IMG/VR virus record: IMGVR_UViG_3300015360_000024
Span: 129,959 to 193,958 of that record
Strand: one strand, 5' to 3'
From: a virus
DNA length: 64,000 nt
The first letter of the stretch is position 1, and every line of letters starts with the position of its first letter. The position numbers and the translations under genes are program-made. Below the pieces are notes generated by a model. The model was not told where the DNA came from, made no database searches, and saw nothing but the letters and a program-made list of their open reading frames with translations. This document shows positions 47,737 through 57,038 of the stretch, in pieces.

Positions 47737-49245
47737 ATGAAGATCACAACTCAGTTCACCTACAACAAGGTGGACTTCAGCAAAGAGAACGAAATCCACG
47801 CGGTTATCACGCTCAAGGCACCGAAGATCGAGTGGGAAAAGAAGCGTCAGCCAATCTGCGTCATTCCAGTGATCGACGTCAGCTCATCGATGGCTGGCGA
47901 CAAGATCGAGTACGCGAAGCAGACCATCCTCAAGCTCATCGACCACCTGGCGCCAGGTGACTACTGTGGGCTCGTGGCGTTCGACTTGAACGTGCATCCG
48001 ATCGCTGAGCCGCGCGAGCTGTCGCAGGGCAATCGCGAGCAGCTCAAGGCGAAGGTCGGGCAGCTGCGTCATAACGGGTCCACCAACTTCTCTGGCGGTA
48101 TGCGTCAGGCATTGGAGTGGATCAATAAGGTCGACGTTGGCAGCGGCATGACGCTCCGTGTGATCATGCTAACTGACGGGCAGGCGAATCAAGGCGAGGC
48201 GACGAAGCGCGAGCAGCTGATCCCGCTATGCAAGAACCTCCTGGGCAAGGCGTCGTTGAGCGCGTTCGGCTACGGCACGGACTGCGACCAGGAACTCCTG
48301 GCTGACCTCGCGAAGGAAGCCAAGGGAAACTACGCATTCATCCGAAACCCGGACGATGCGCTCACGGCGTTCGCCAAGGAGCTTGGCGGCTTGCTGTCCA
48401 GGTACGCACAGGACATCGTCATCGACGTGGCCCCGCACAATGGGCACACAATTGAGGAAGTCCTCAGTGACGTCGATGCGACCGAGGATGGCAAGAAGGT
48501 CTTGGTGAAGATCCCAGAACTTCTGTCCGAGGAGGAGCGGCATATCGTCCTCAAGATCAAGACCTCTGTACAGAGCAAGGCGCTCCCCCGAGAGCTGAAC
48601 GTTCTGGACATCAAGGTCGAATACGATCAGGTCGGCGACGGGAACAAGAAGCACGAGATGCAGGAGTTCAAGGGCAAGCTCTCCTTCGTTAAGTCGGATG
48701 ACGCGCAGAAGGAACCGACCAAGGAAGTCATGGCGATCGTCGGTATCGCGATGACGGTGCAGGCGCAGATCAAGGCAGAGGAGCTGGCCAAGCAGGGCAA
48801 CTTCGTCGGTGCCAGTGCAGCGCTGGTTTCGAATGCTGTGCATCTGGATTCGTTTCAGTTGCACGACCATGCCGGGATGTCGCGTGGTCTGTCGGCCAAG
48901 TACGACAGCCACACTAACTACTCATCGAGTAGTGGTTATCGTGACGTCATGAAAAAGGGGCTGACGCGCAGCTCGGGAACCTCCGACGGTGAAGCCGTCC
49001 AGGTACTCGCGTCAGTCGGCTTGACGTCGTCGAATGCAGCAATGGATCAGCAGGTTCAGAACTTCACAGCTGGTGTGGCTGGCGCTCCGCAGGGGAACGA
49101 TCTGGTCAGCCTTCATGGAAGCATTTCGATCCCTGGAGTTCCGCTGTCTCCTCCAACGCCTGCGCCGGCTGGCGTGAGCCTCAAGGAGGAGCCGAAGACT
49201 AGCGCGAAGTCGCCCGTCTCGAAGAGCAAGTCAAAGCGCTGGTAA
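47737..49245 (+). CDS. von Willebrand factor A domain protein
   Basis: MIDAS DVSSSM, GSTNFSGG, MLTDGQAN, GYGTDCDQELL; ATG 47737 preferred. Confidence 0.9.
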   Translation: MKITTQFTYNKVDFSKENEIHAVITLKAPKIEWEKKRQPICVIPVIDVSSSMAGDKIEYAKQTILKLIDHLAPGDYCGLVAFDLNVHPIAEPRELSQGNREQLKAKVGQLRHNGSTNFSGGMRQALEWINKVDVGSGMTLRVIMLTDGQANQGEATKREQLIPLCKNLLGKASLSAFGYGTDCDQELLADLAKEAKGNYAFIRNPDDALTAFAKELGGLLSRYAQDIVIDVAPHNGHTIEEVLSDVDATEDGKKVLVKIPELLSEEERHIVLKIKTSVQSKALPRELNVLDIKVEYDQVGDGNKKHEMQEFKGKLSFVKSDDAQKEPTKEVMAIVGIAMTVQAQIKAEELAKQGNFVGASAALVSNAVHLDSFQLHDHAGMSRGLSAKYDSHTNYSSSSGYRDVMKKGLTRSSGTSDGEAVQVLASVGLTSSNAAMDQQVQNFTAGVAGAPQGNDLVSLHGSISIPGVPLSPPTPAPAGVSLKEEPKTSAKSPVSKSKSKRW

Positions 49246-49274
49246 GTCGGGTTCACTGAACCCCATTGCCAATA

Positions 49275-49323
49275 CCCCCGGCATGTGTTGTAACGCACCA
49301 CATGCCGGGGGATTTGTTTTTTC
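49275..49323 (+). terminator. Intrinsic terminator after vWA
   Basis: 13-bp stem CCCCCGGCATGTG/CACATGCCGGGGG followed by a T-rich tract. Confidence 0.8.
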
Positions 49324-49652
49324 TATTGACCAGGGAGCATGCGATCCTTGGCTCGTTCGACACGATCTCAGAAGCACGCGCGAGGCTGCATGCAATGCAT
49401 TCAGCTCAGTACGTAGCCAGACTGGATGGTGTTGTGCTCGCGTATATGTCACGCGAGGGCCAGTCGTGGAGGGCTATCCATAAGGTCTCCCCTGAGACCA
49501 AAAAAGCACTGGCCGTGTACGCGGACATTAGCCCTGACGTAGAGCCTGAGGCGGCTGACGATATCGAAGAGGTCTACGAGTTGCCGGTCAGACGTGCTGT
49601 TCTGTATCCGCCGGCAGAGCCCGACCTTACAGAAGCTGCATTTGATCTGTGA
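49302..49652 (+). CDS. Hypothetical protein
   Basis: Open frame; start uncertain (an ATG lies inside the terminator stem). Confidence 0.45.
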   Translation: MPGDLFFLLTREHAILGSFDTISEARARLHAMHSAQYVARLDGVVLAYMSREGQSWRAIHKVSPETKKALAVYADISPDVEPEAADDIEEVYELPVRRAVLYPPAEPDLTEAAFDL

Positions 49653-50286
49653 CGCGAAAATCAAGCGGCTTATACGCCTTGCGGACGGCGAGTGGCGTGT
49701 TGTCGAGCAGCTCGATGGTTCCCTTGGAGCGCTTGCGTTGCTCCGGCTGCAACCAGAGAAACCACGCGTACTCGATGCTGTCGGTGCCCTCGCCGTCGAA
49801 GCTCGGACGCTCCGGAATGACATAGATGTCCGGCATGAACTCCTTGAAGAACGGCGTGCGCTCGGAGCTGCCGACGTAGTTTAGGCGTAGCAGCATCGCG
49901 ACGTAATCGGCCAGCTCCAGGCTCTTACGGATGATCGGCATCGCGAGCGAGAACGGTGGGTTCGTGATGATGACGTCGAACTGGGTCGGGCTTCCAGGTG
50001 AAGGCGTTTCCCAGGCGATGAAGTCGCTGATCGTGACCTGGTTCGCCATCTTTCTGAGACCCGGTTCTGTCTCGGATCTGATCTCGTTGGCGTGCCAGTA
50101 GATCGGGCTCTTGTGGATGTCGTTGACGCCCTGGATGATGTCACCGTTTCCCGCGCACGGCTCCAGCCAGGTACCCTTCGGCAACTGGGCGCGTTCGATG
50201 AACCGATGCACGCACCAGCCGGGCGTTGGGTAATACTCGCTGACGCTGATTGCGTCGTCCTTCTTCTTCCGGCCCTTGGAACTCAT
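49627..50286 (-). CDS. Amino-type (N6-A/N4-C) DNA methyltransferase-like protein
   Basis: YYPTP, LEPCAGNG SAM-binding motif, IITNPPF catalytic motif. Confidence 0.85.
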   Translation of the reverse strand: MSSKGRKKKDDAISVSEYYPTPGWCVHRFIERAQLPKGTWLEPCAGNGDIIQGVNDIHKSPIYWHANEIRSETEPGLRKMANQVTISDFIAWETPSPGSPTQFDVIITNPPFSLAMPIIRKSLELADYVAMLLRLNYVGSSERTPFFKEFMPDIYVIPERPSFDGEGTDSIEYAWFLWLQPEQRKRSKGTIELLDNTPLAVRKAYKPLDFRVTDQMQLL

Positions 50287-50334
50287 GGCATGGAAGTATC
50301 TCGAAGGATCCTGATTGTCTAGATGCGGCTGCCG

Positions 50335-50415
50335 TCAGGGCGTTGACGGGCGCCGGTCCAGAAGCTTACTGAGTCCCCTGCGGTCAATCTCGAACCAGTT
50401 CTTGGAGTCGGTCAT
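50335..50415 (-). pseudogene. 26-codon ORF, possible truncated gene remnant
   Basis: MTDSKNWFEIDRRGLSKLLDRRPSTP; below the ORF-track cutoff. Confidence 0.35.
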
Positions 50416-50491
50416 GCCCTTACTACATTCGGACTTGTCGTTTTTTTCATGAAAGAAATCGAAACTTGAATTGTAGATAGGACATCCGCAC

Positions 50492-51100
50492 TTAGCGGAA
50501 TCTGTCAGCGACCAACTGGCAGAACGCCACGAATTCGTCGTGGGTCATGTCGTTCTTCATGCGATTAACTTGGACGGTAACCCAGCGGAAATTTGGCAGT
50601 TCGTCCCGTCCTCCTCTGGAGCTTGGCGTTTGGTGATCAAGTCCAGTATTCGCACCCGGGATTAGATCCTTATGTGAGTACCAGCATTTTCCGTTTTGAT
50701 TTTCGAATGATTCTACTAGAGCTTCCGTTTGATCGAAGTTGCCGAAGATTTTCATAGATATATTTCTGAACCAACACGCCGTGCAGAACCTTGCGCAGGT
50801 TGCCCGCTCACTGCACCAGACGCATTGTCCGGACCGCCTTCTTTTTGCGTAGAGAGCTTTGGTCGCTTCGGTGACGATCTGTTTGTGAAAATCACAAAGT
50901 CGACCAGATTTAATTTTGGTCGGGCACTGCGTACACACACCACGATCTTTACGTTTTCGTCGGCTGCTTTTATTGCGAGCTGACTGAAGCGTTCGGCACG
51001 CCGTACACCATTTCCGTGGCAGTGCATCTCTAACCCCGCCGCAATGCGGGCAGAGTTCGTTAGCTAGGCGTTGATGATATAGAGCCCTCGGAACGGCCAT
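50492..51100 (-). CDS. HNH endonuclease with N-terminal Zn ribbons
   Basis: Several CxxC pairs; CWYS..LDHQTPSSRGG..N.RWVTVQVNRMKND; AT-richer. Confidence 0.85.
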   Translation of the reverse strand: MAVPRALYHQRLANELCPHCGGVRDALPRKWCTACRTLQSARNKSSRRKRKDRGVCTQCPTKIKSGRLCDFHKQIVTEATKALYAKRRRSGQCVWCSERATCARFCTACWFRNISMKIFGNFDQTEALVESFENQNGKCWYSHKDLIPGANTGLDHQTPSSRGGRDELPNFRWVTVQVNRMKNDMTHDEFVAFCQLVADRFR

Positions 51101-51149
51101 GTTCTCACGGTAACATTGAAGCAGATCCGAACAAAGCAGATCTTTACGG

Positions 51150-51186
51150 TTGACAATGAGATAGACGACTCGTAGCGTGCGCGGCG
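51150..51186 (+). promoter_or_regulatory. Promoter for a probably leaderless gene
   Basis: TTGACA-17 nt-TAGCGT-8 nt-ATG. Confidence 0.65.
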
Positions 51187-51573
51187 ATGGGTGACACCGA
51201 GCCGTACGAAGTATCTGTGCCCAAGTACGTCAGCGTGGAAGATCTGCGGAAGATGCTCGGAAACGAGCACTTCGCCACCACGATGATGGCGTGTTGGAAG
51301 ATCTACGACCACAAAGGCAACGACTACACTCGCGGCAAGGGCGACCTAGACCGCACCGACAACTTCAAGCAAGCCGCTGAGAACAATGGGGTAACGCCGT
51401 TTCAGGCATGGGGCGTGTATTTTTACAAACACGTCTCGGCCGTGTGGCGATTCCTGAAAGATGGCAAGGTCGAGTCCGAGCCGATCGACGGCAGACTCCA
51501 CGACGTCATCAATTACTCGATCTTGCTTCTGCTGCTCGTTAGGGAAATGCGAGCGACCAAGGACTCAAAATGA
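51187..51573 (+). CDS. DUF1599-like (nucleotide-modification-associated domain) protein
   Basis: KGNDY..NF..K..EP..GRL.D.INYSILL pattern. Confidence 0.7.
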   Translation: MGDTEPYEVSVPKYVSVEDLRKMLGNEHFATTMMACWKIYDHKGNDYTRGKGDLDRTDNFKQAAENNGVTPFQAWGVYFYKHVSAVWRFLKDGKVESEPIDGRLHDVINYSILLLLLVREMRATKDSK

Positions 51574-52796
51574 GCACGACAAGAACACCATGGTGGACCG
51601 GCATTTCTGATCTTCCAGCTCCACCGAAAGGTGGCGGCGCGCTCCAGGACTGGGCAGAGAGACGGCTTGAGCAGATCGCCGTCGAGCAGGGCATCTCAAT
51701 GTTCCAGGGAAGTACCGGAGGGCACGTCAGGGACATCAACCAGATCGTGAAAAACATCGAGGCCTTCAGACCGACGGCCAAGTTGGTGTTTGGCAGACTC
51801 TCCACCAAGGAGAAGTCTCCACCGACAACATTCTGGGCCTGGGAGGACGGTGCGATGGAGATATCCGTTCACAAGTCCGATGGTGATTCGACCGGACAGG
51901 TCAGCGTCTGGATGATGTGCGCGGAACAGGACGTGATCCAGAAGATCATCGACATGATCTCCAACAACCTGGTCCCGATGCGGGAACGGTCTAGGGGTCG
52001 TGTCTACGTCATTGGTCGCGGCATGATGGGCTACGACTTCTATAGCCTCGGTGTCGCGTCGGTTCCGCTGGAGCGAGGGAACTATGCTGGCGAGGTTCTC
52101 AAGGCGTACGACGACGCCGTGGTGGACATGAATACGATCGCACCGAAGGGTCGCCTGACCATTTTCGACGGTCCGCCTGGCACCGGCAAGACGTTCCTGG
52201 TTCGCGCTCTGATTGACGCGATCAAGGATGCGATCTTCGTGTTCGTCCAGCCCGGCATGGTCGACTTCCTGGCGAGCCCGGAATTGATTCCGATGCTCAT
52301 CCAGAAGAAGAGTTCGAACTACGTCGACGGGCCGATCGTCTTCATCCTCGAAGACGCCGACAATATTCTCACCCCACGAGGCAAGGACAACCTAAGCCTC
52401 ATCAGCACGCTGTTGAACATGACGTCCGGCATCCTCGGCTCGATGCTCGACATCCGAGCAATTGCCACGACGAACAGCCCAAAGAAGGACATTGATCCAG
52501 CGTTGATGCGACCGGGCCGGCTCTCGTCTCATGTGACCGTCAATGGTCTGGACAAGGCAAAGGCGAGGGAGATCTACAAGCGGCTCACCGGCAAGTCCGT
52601 CGTGGACGGATCAATGCTCGGAACCGATGGCATTTCGTTGGCCGAGGTCTATCGATTGGCGCGAGAAAATGGCTGGGAGCCGCCGAAGGATACCGGCAAG
52701 AAGTCGTCTTTTGCCTCCTTTGAGGGTGTCTCCGCACCCGCATCGCTCTCTGAGAGCGTCGCGATTTACCCAGGAAAAGAGCGGTCGTACCTGTGA
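51570..52796 (+). CDS. AAA+ ATPase
   Basis: GPPGTGKT Walker A, ILEDAD Walker B, ATTN sensor, IDPALMRPGR SRH. Confidence 0.9.
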   Translation: MSTTRTPWWTGISDLPAPPKGGGALQDWAERRLEQIAVEQGISMFQGSTGGHVRDINQIVKNIEAFRPTAKLVFGRLSTKEKSPPTTFWAWEDGAMEISVHKSDGDSTGQVSVWMMCAEQDVIQKIIDMISNNLVPMRERSRGRVYVIGRGMMGYDFYSLGVASVPLERGNYAGEVLKAYDDAVVDMNTIAPKGRLTIFDGPPGTGKTFLVRALIDAIKDAIFVFVQPGMVDFLASPELIPMLIQKKSSNYVDGPIVFILEDADNILTPRGKDNLSLISTLLNMTSGILGSMLDIRAIATTNSPKKDIDPALMRPGRLSSHVTVNGLDKAKAREIYKRLTGKSVVDGSMLGTDGISLAEVYRLARENGWEPPKDTGKKSSFASFEGVSAPASLSESVAIYPGKERSYL

Positions 52797-53110
52797 TGCT
52801 TGACGCGGCCTCAGATCTAGCTGTACGACGTGCTCCAAAGAGCGAGTACGACATGAGTGATTGCAAGCTAGTTACGTGGCATGGACTTTCGGTTGATGGC
52901 CTTCACAAGGTGTTCCCGGACGTTGTTTTTCTTGGAGGCATGGACGTCGAATTCGATGCCCTGGAGATGGCGATCTATCGCTACAAGGACGCAGTCGGCA
53001 ACTCCGCGTTCGCATTCGATAAGGGAAACGGCCTGGCATCCCATGGGTCACAGATCCTAACCAGCCAGATGGTTAGCACTCTGAGGCAAATGGGCGCCCA
53101 GGTCAGTTAA
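52793..53110 (+). CDS. Hypothetical protein
   Basis: GTGA overlap with the AAA gene. Confidence 0.55.
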   Translation: MMLDAASDLAVRRAPKSEYDMSDCKLVTWHGLSVDGLHKVFPDVVFLGGMDVEFDALEMAIYRYKDAVGNSAFAFDKGNGLASHGSQILTSQMVSTLRQMGAQVS

Positions 53111-53118
53111 AAGGAAAT

Positions 53119-53394
53119 ATGGGTTCTCAGAACAGAGGCATTCGGACGTTCCATTTTCAGCGGGACGAGGACGCGTCCGGTGTCAGCGGCACGGGTGTCG
53201 TCGCCGAGGGCGCAATCTTCTCGAACACGAAGATCGTCCTCAGTTGGCTGACGGTCCATAAGTCAATGGCCATCTACGATTCGCTGGCTGAGATGCTGGC
53301 GATCCACGGTCACGACGGACGAACGAGGTTGGTCTGGGACGACGAGGTTCCAGTCGTGAAACAGGCCAGAAAGACAGTTCTGGACGAGACCTGA
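53119..53394 (+). CDS. Conserved phage hypothetical protein
   Basis: AAGGA RBS; F...RDEDASGVSGTGVVAEG..F..HGHDG.T..W is a pattern I recognise from other phages. Confidence 0.75.
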   Translation: MGSQNRGIRTFHFQRDEDASGVSGTGVVAEGAIFSNTKIVLSWLTVHKSMAIYDSLAEMLAIHGHDGRTRLVWDDEVPVVKQARKTVLDET

Positions 53395-53407
53395 TATAAG
53401 GGTCTCC

Positions 53408-53614
53408 ATGTTCACTTCGCTCATCGGATCACTGCGCGAGGCTCTCGACGAAGAAGCCAAGAAGCTGATGCCGTTCAGTATGTCGGCCCAGAAGATCCGA
53501 GACGCCAATGAGCGCCTGAAAAAGCTTCGCCGTGACGGTGGCTACTCAGAAAAGCCGGACGTAAACACCAAGAAGAAGGTGCTTATGCGGTTTGGATCCT
53601 CCAGCGGCCAGTGA
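53408..53614 (+). CDS. Small hypothetical protein
   Basis: AAGGG RBS. Confidence 0.6.
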   Translation: MFTSLIGSLREALDEEAKKLMPFSMSAQKIRDANERLKKLRRDGGYSEKPDVNTKKKVLMRFGSSSGQ

Positions 53615-53676
53615 TCTACAGCTGGAAGTATATCTGTTCGTTGCAGATCCCGTGATGAATTGATAAGTTCGACGCG

Positions 53677-54276
53677 ATGAAGGATGGCGTGCCCATGCAT
53701 ATGTTCGAAGATCTCCTACGGCAACTGCACGAGGTAAACGCCCATCTAAGCGAAGCTGCACCTCCGCCGTTGAAGGCTGCAGATCGGGCAAAGGAAGGCA
53801 TGAAACCTCTGCCAGGCCCGGCCCTGAAGGGTCGGACTGGTGCGACACCGCCTCCAATTCCCAAGGCTAAGCCGAAGGAAGTAAAGCCGCTTGCTCAGTT
53901 CGGCAAGAAGGCGATCGTCCAGGCGCCAATGCCCAAGGGTGACAAGAGCCTCGGTATCAAGCGCGGCTTCTCTATGCACACCGCCTCAGGTTCCACGGGA
54001 AGCCCAGAGGCGAAGCAGGCACTCAGATGGGCCAAGGACAAGGTTCAGGCTCGTGCGGCCAAGGGCGAGTCCTTGAGCGCTGCAGTCGGCGAGATTAGGA
54101 GCCTGTTTGGCGAGACATCAAACGCGCAGTATGCAGGCTCGCGGATCTCCAACCAGCCCGTTATTCGGAAGCCGAGGAAGCTGATCCTTCGTCCGAAGCC
54201 GTTGGTTGCCGCAGGCTCCAAGCTCAAGTCCGGTACGTCGCCTGGCGGTATGGCTGGTCCAGGTTCTGGGATGTGA
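53677..54276 (+). CDS. Basic Lys/Pro-rich protein, putative internal head protein
   Basis: Low-complexity basic body; alternative start at 53701 (MFEDLL). Confidence 0.6.
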   Translation: MKDGVPMHMFEDLLRQLHEVNAHLSEAAPPPLKAADRAKEGMKPLPGPALKGRTGATPPPIPKAKPKEVKPLAQFGKKAIVQAPMPKGDKSLGIKRGFSMHTASGSTGSPEAKQALRWAKDKVQARAAKGESLSAAVGEIRSLFGETSNAQYAGSRISNQPVIRKPRKLILRPKPLVAAGSKLKSGTSPGGMAGPGSGM

Positions 54277-54327
54277 TTTGTCACCCTTTCTGTGCGGCAG
54301 TTAAGCCGCTTGGAAAGTGAGGCAGCG

Positions 54328-54594
54328 ATGAAGAGAACATTGAGCAAGGGAATGACGGTTAAGGTGGTCAACGAGGTCGGCAAGACTTTCGATGGCCTTG
54401 TCACGAACAACTGGGGCAACACGGAAGTCGAGGACGGTAAGGCCGGCCCGACGATTAACGTGCTCTATGTGTCCGATGACGATTCCAAGACCGACCCGTA
54501 CGGTAACCAGATCGAGCGCCTGTCGTCGTGCAGCCACAAGCTGAACTCGCATGCGCCTGGCCGGTACTGGTACTTCCCCGACGAGACGTTCTAG
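54328..54594 (+). CDS. Hypothetical protein
   Basis: GAGG RBS before ATG 54328. Confidence 0.65.
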   Translation: MKRTLSKGMTVKVVNEVGKTFDGLVTNNWGNTEVEDGKAGPTINVLYVSDDDSKTDPYGNQIERLSSCSHKLNSHAPGRYWYFPDETF

Positions 54595-54685
54595 TCTGAG
54601 CTGGAAGCGGCGCCGATGAGGGGCCGTAAAGCTTCCGTACTGCTTCACTGTCGCACAGAGAGGGTGACGCCTATTTGATGGGGAG

Positions 54686-55168
54686 ATGATGATGGCCGAC
54701 GATGACGTGAAGAAACACCTACCCCAGTGGGCGAGACGGCTGATTGTCATCGTCTCCATTGTTGGCCCGCTGGCCGGCGTAGCCGTTACGCTGACGTCGG
54801 CGTACTACGACATCAAATCGAAGGCGCGCGACGCAACCAGTAAGACCGAGGCGAGCTACGACACGCTGGCCCCGGCGATGAAGGAGTTACAGGAACTCCT
54901 CATAAAGACGCAGGACGCCGTCGACGCTCAGGATAAGGAGATCACACTCCTGAAGGCTGACCGTGTCGACAAAGAGAAGCGCATTCTTCGCCTTGAGGCC
55001 TACATCGACATCCTCGGCCGCAAGCCAAACCTGCCTGACGCTCCGCCCGAGGTGCTTCCGGCTCCGCCTGTTGTCGTCTCCGGGTTGCGCAAGTTCCACC
55101 CGCCGGCAAAGCCGATTCCGTCAGACGTAGCCGGCGCTCAGCAGCTCCAGGAGATGTCGCCGCCTTAG
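54686..55168 (+). CDS. Membrane-anchored coiled-coil protein
   Basis: GGGAG RBS; N-terminal TM LIVIVSIVGPLAGVAVTL; stop overlaps the stop of the convergent gene. Confidence 0.65.
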   Translation: MMMADDDVKKHLPQWARRLIVIVSIVGPLAGVAVTLTSAYYDIKSKARDATSKTEASYDTLAPAMKELQELLIKTQDAVDAQDKEITLLKADRVDKEKRILRLEAYIDILGRKPNLPDAPPEVLPAPPVVVSGLRKFHPPAKPIPSDVAGAQQLQEMSPP

Positions 55169-56250
55169 TCGGCGTTACTGGCGATGTAAACGCAGAGCCG
55201 GTCGAGCGCTTCGCGGTCAGGGGACTTCGGCAGGCTGCTCTCCGCATAGAGCTTCTCCATCTTCTTGTCCTGATCCTCGGCCCACGAGATGAGCTTCTCG
55301 TAGCTCCAGGCGCCGTTGCGGATCTCCAGCAGCTCCTTGGCGTCAGGGCGCTTTACGAGCACGCCTTGGCCGCTCAGGATCTCCTCACACATCCTCAGGA
55401 GACGTACCAGGTGCATGCCGTGCTTCGTGTCGTAGCCGTGCTGGCGCTCCAGGTCTGCCCGAGCGACGTTTCGGGTCTTGAGCCAGCCCTGGTACTTGTC
55501 CCACTCGCTCTTTGCGGTGCGGTAGGCGCGCTCGCGACGCAACAGCTCCAGGAAGTTGTCGTCATAGCCGATATTACGGGCGGCCAGCTCCCACTCGAAG
55601 GTCTTGCTGACCCCGATCTCTGCCAGGTAGGCCGCGACCTGGTTCGATAGATTGATCTTGTCGGACTCGTCGAGCGCATCGAGCGCCAGATCCCAGGACT
55701 CCATCTTCTTCTTGATGTACTCCTCGGCAGCTCCAAGCTGGTCCTTGGGGATCAGCTTGGTCTCAGGAAGCTCGAAGGAGGCCCTGGTGGGCGCTTCGGC
55801 CGGCGGGCTGAACAGCCAGCGATGGTGTGTATTGATGCGCTTGAGCTGACTCAAGGCGTATCCAGCGAAGGTGAAGCGAGCCTTCTTGGACAGGAACTGA
55901 TCCCGGTGCTCCACGAGTCCCTGGCCGGCCGCTCCGATGTGAAGGACGTCGGTTGGATCTGTGTGCAGCAGCTCGATGATGTTCGGGTTGCAGTCGGCGG
56001 CGAGCTTGAAGAACTTCCGCAGCTCGAACAGCGTGATGTCTACCTTGTTGCTCTGGTACTGCTCGAAGTTTTGGTTGAACCCAAGCCGGAACTCGGTGGG
56101 CGCCACGACGATCCCGCGAAAGTCCTCGTCGCTGGTTGGCGTGTTGGTGCCGTAGGCATGAGAGCCGCCACGACACAGGAATGCCACGCGGTTCGGCATC
56201 CACTTGGGGTAATCGCCAACGCGGTCGAGGATTTCTGCGAGAGTCGTCAT
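55165..56250 (-). CDS. RlaP-like pol-beta-family nucleotidyltransferase
   Basis: GGSHAYGTNTPTSDEDFRG, NPNIIELL and YDTKHGMHLVRLL motifs; ATG 56250 preferred. Confidence 0.9.
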   Translation of the reverse strand: MTTLAEILDRVGDYPKWMPNRVAFLCRGGSHAYGTNTPTSDEDFRGIVVAPTEFRLGFNQNFEQYQSNKVDITLFELRKFFKLAADCNPNIIELLHTDPTDVLHIGAAGQGLVEHRDQFLSKKARFTFAGYALSQLKRINTHHRWLFSPPAEAPTRASFELPETKLIPKDQLGAAEEYIKKKMESWDLALDALDESDKINLSNQVAAYLAEIGVSKTFEWELAARNIGYDDNFLELLRRERAYRTAKSEWDKYQGWLKTRNVARADLERQHGYDTKHGMHLVRLLRMCEEILSGQGVLVKRPDAKELLEIRNGAWSYEKLISWAEDQDKKMEKLYAESSLPKSPDREALDRLCVYIASNAD

Positions 56251-56258
56251 TGTAGTTT

Positions 56259-56720
56259 CTACCTGCTGCCGATCATGTAGTCGTGCTTCCACCAGGGCGG
56301 GATGAGCTTCGTGTGCTCGGTGAGACGCTGGTGCATGTCGATGCACGCCTTGAGCGGCGTGCCGTGGGTATTGCGGGCATGCGCCGTGACGGGGTCGTAG
56401 AGGAAAGTCACAATCCGGACGTTGTGCCCATAGACCAGGCCGACCTGAGCGTACGGGCCGAATTCCGAGAGCGTCGTGTTTGTGTTATCAACGATAACCG
56501 TCGCGTTGACGAATTTATCGCCAGGCGCCCGACACAGCTCCACGAATCCACGCAGGCACTCGGCGTGCGCATCGCCAAGCTTCATGTGATCGAAACGGTA
56601 GACGCCATCGGCGTCCATGAAGAACGTGTCCGCCGAGAAAATGACGGCGTCTGGGTGGTTGCTCTTGGCCCAGGTGGACTTGCCAGCCCCTGAACCGCCT
56701 CTTGTGATGATGATGTTCAT
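56259..56720 (-). CDS. P-loop kinase (polynucleotide-kinase/AAA_33-like)
   Basis: RGGSGAGKST, SAD, VIVDNTN, RNTHG.P motifs. Confidence 0.8.
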   Translation of the reverse strand: MNIIITRGGSGAGKSTWAKSNHPDAVIFSADTFFMDADGVYRFDHMKLGDAHAECLRGFVELCRAPGDKFVNATVIVDNTNTTLSEFGPYAQVGLVYGHNVRIVTFLYDPVTAHARNTHGTPLKACIDMHQRLTEHTKLIPPWWKHDYMIGSR

Positions 56721-56760
56721 TGTGTTTGATAGACGCGTGCAGGTCGTCGCTTCTGACAGC

Positions 56761-57003
56761 TCAGAACGTCTTGTCCTGCATTTTCTTGATGGCAGCCTTG
56801 AGCTGCTTGAGTCGCGCGGTCCTCATCGCCTCCGCCTTGGTGACGGCCTCCTCGCGGGTCTTTGTCCACTCGCGAGTAAAGAGGTTGCGACCCATTGGGG
56901 TCTTTCCCTTGGCGTAGATGTGGAGTTCGCCGCGATTGACGATTTCGGCGTTCATCTCGAAAAGGCCCTGCGTCAAGGCGTACTTCGTAACCCAGACCTT
57001 CAT
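56761..57003 (-). CDS. Hypothetical protein
   Basis: GAGGGA RBS. Confidence 0.7.
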   Translation of the reverse strand: MKVWVTKYALTQGLFEMNAEIVNRGELHIYAKGKTPMGRNLFTREWTKTREEAVTKAEAMRTARLKQLKAAIKKMQDKTF

Positions 57004-57038
57004 GTTCCCTCTAGCTACAGGCGAGGCGCCCGAATCTT

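Noticed and set aside
54603-54636. Hammerhead-like CCGATGAG...CGTAAA inside a GGAAGC/GCTTCC stem
   Set aside because: Core deviates from CUGANGA and GAAA, stem II cannot form, and no cleavage-site helix is evident.
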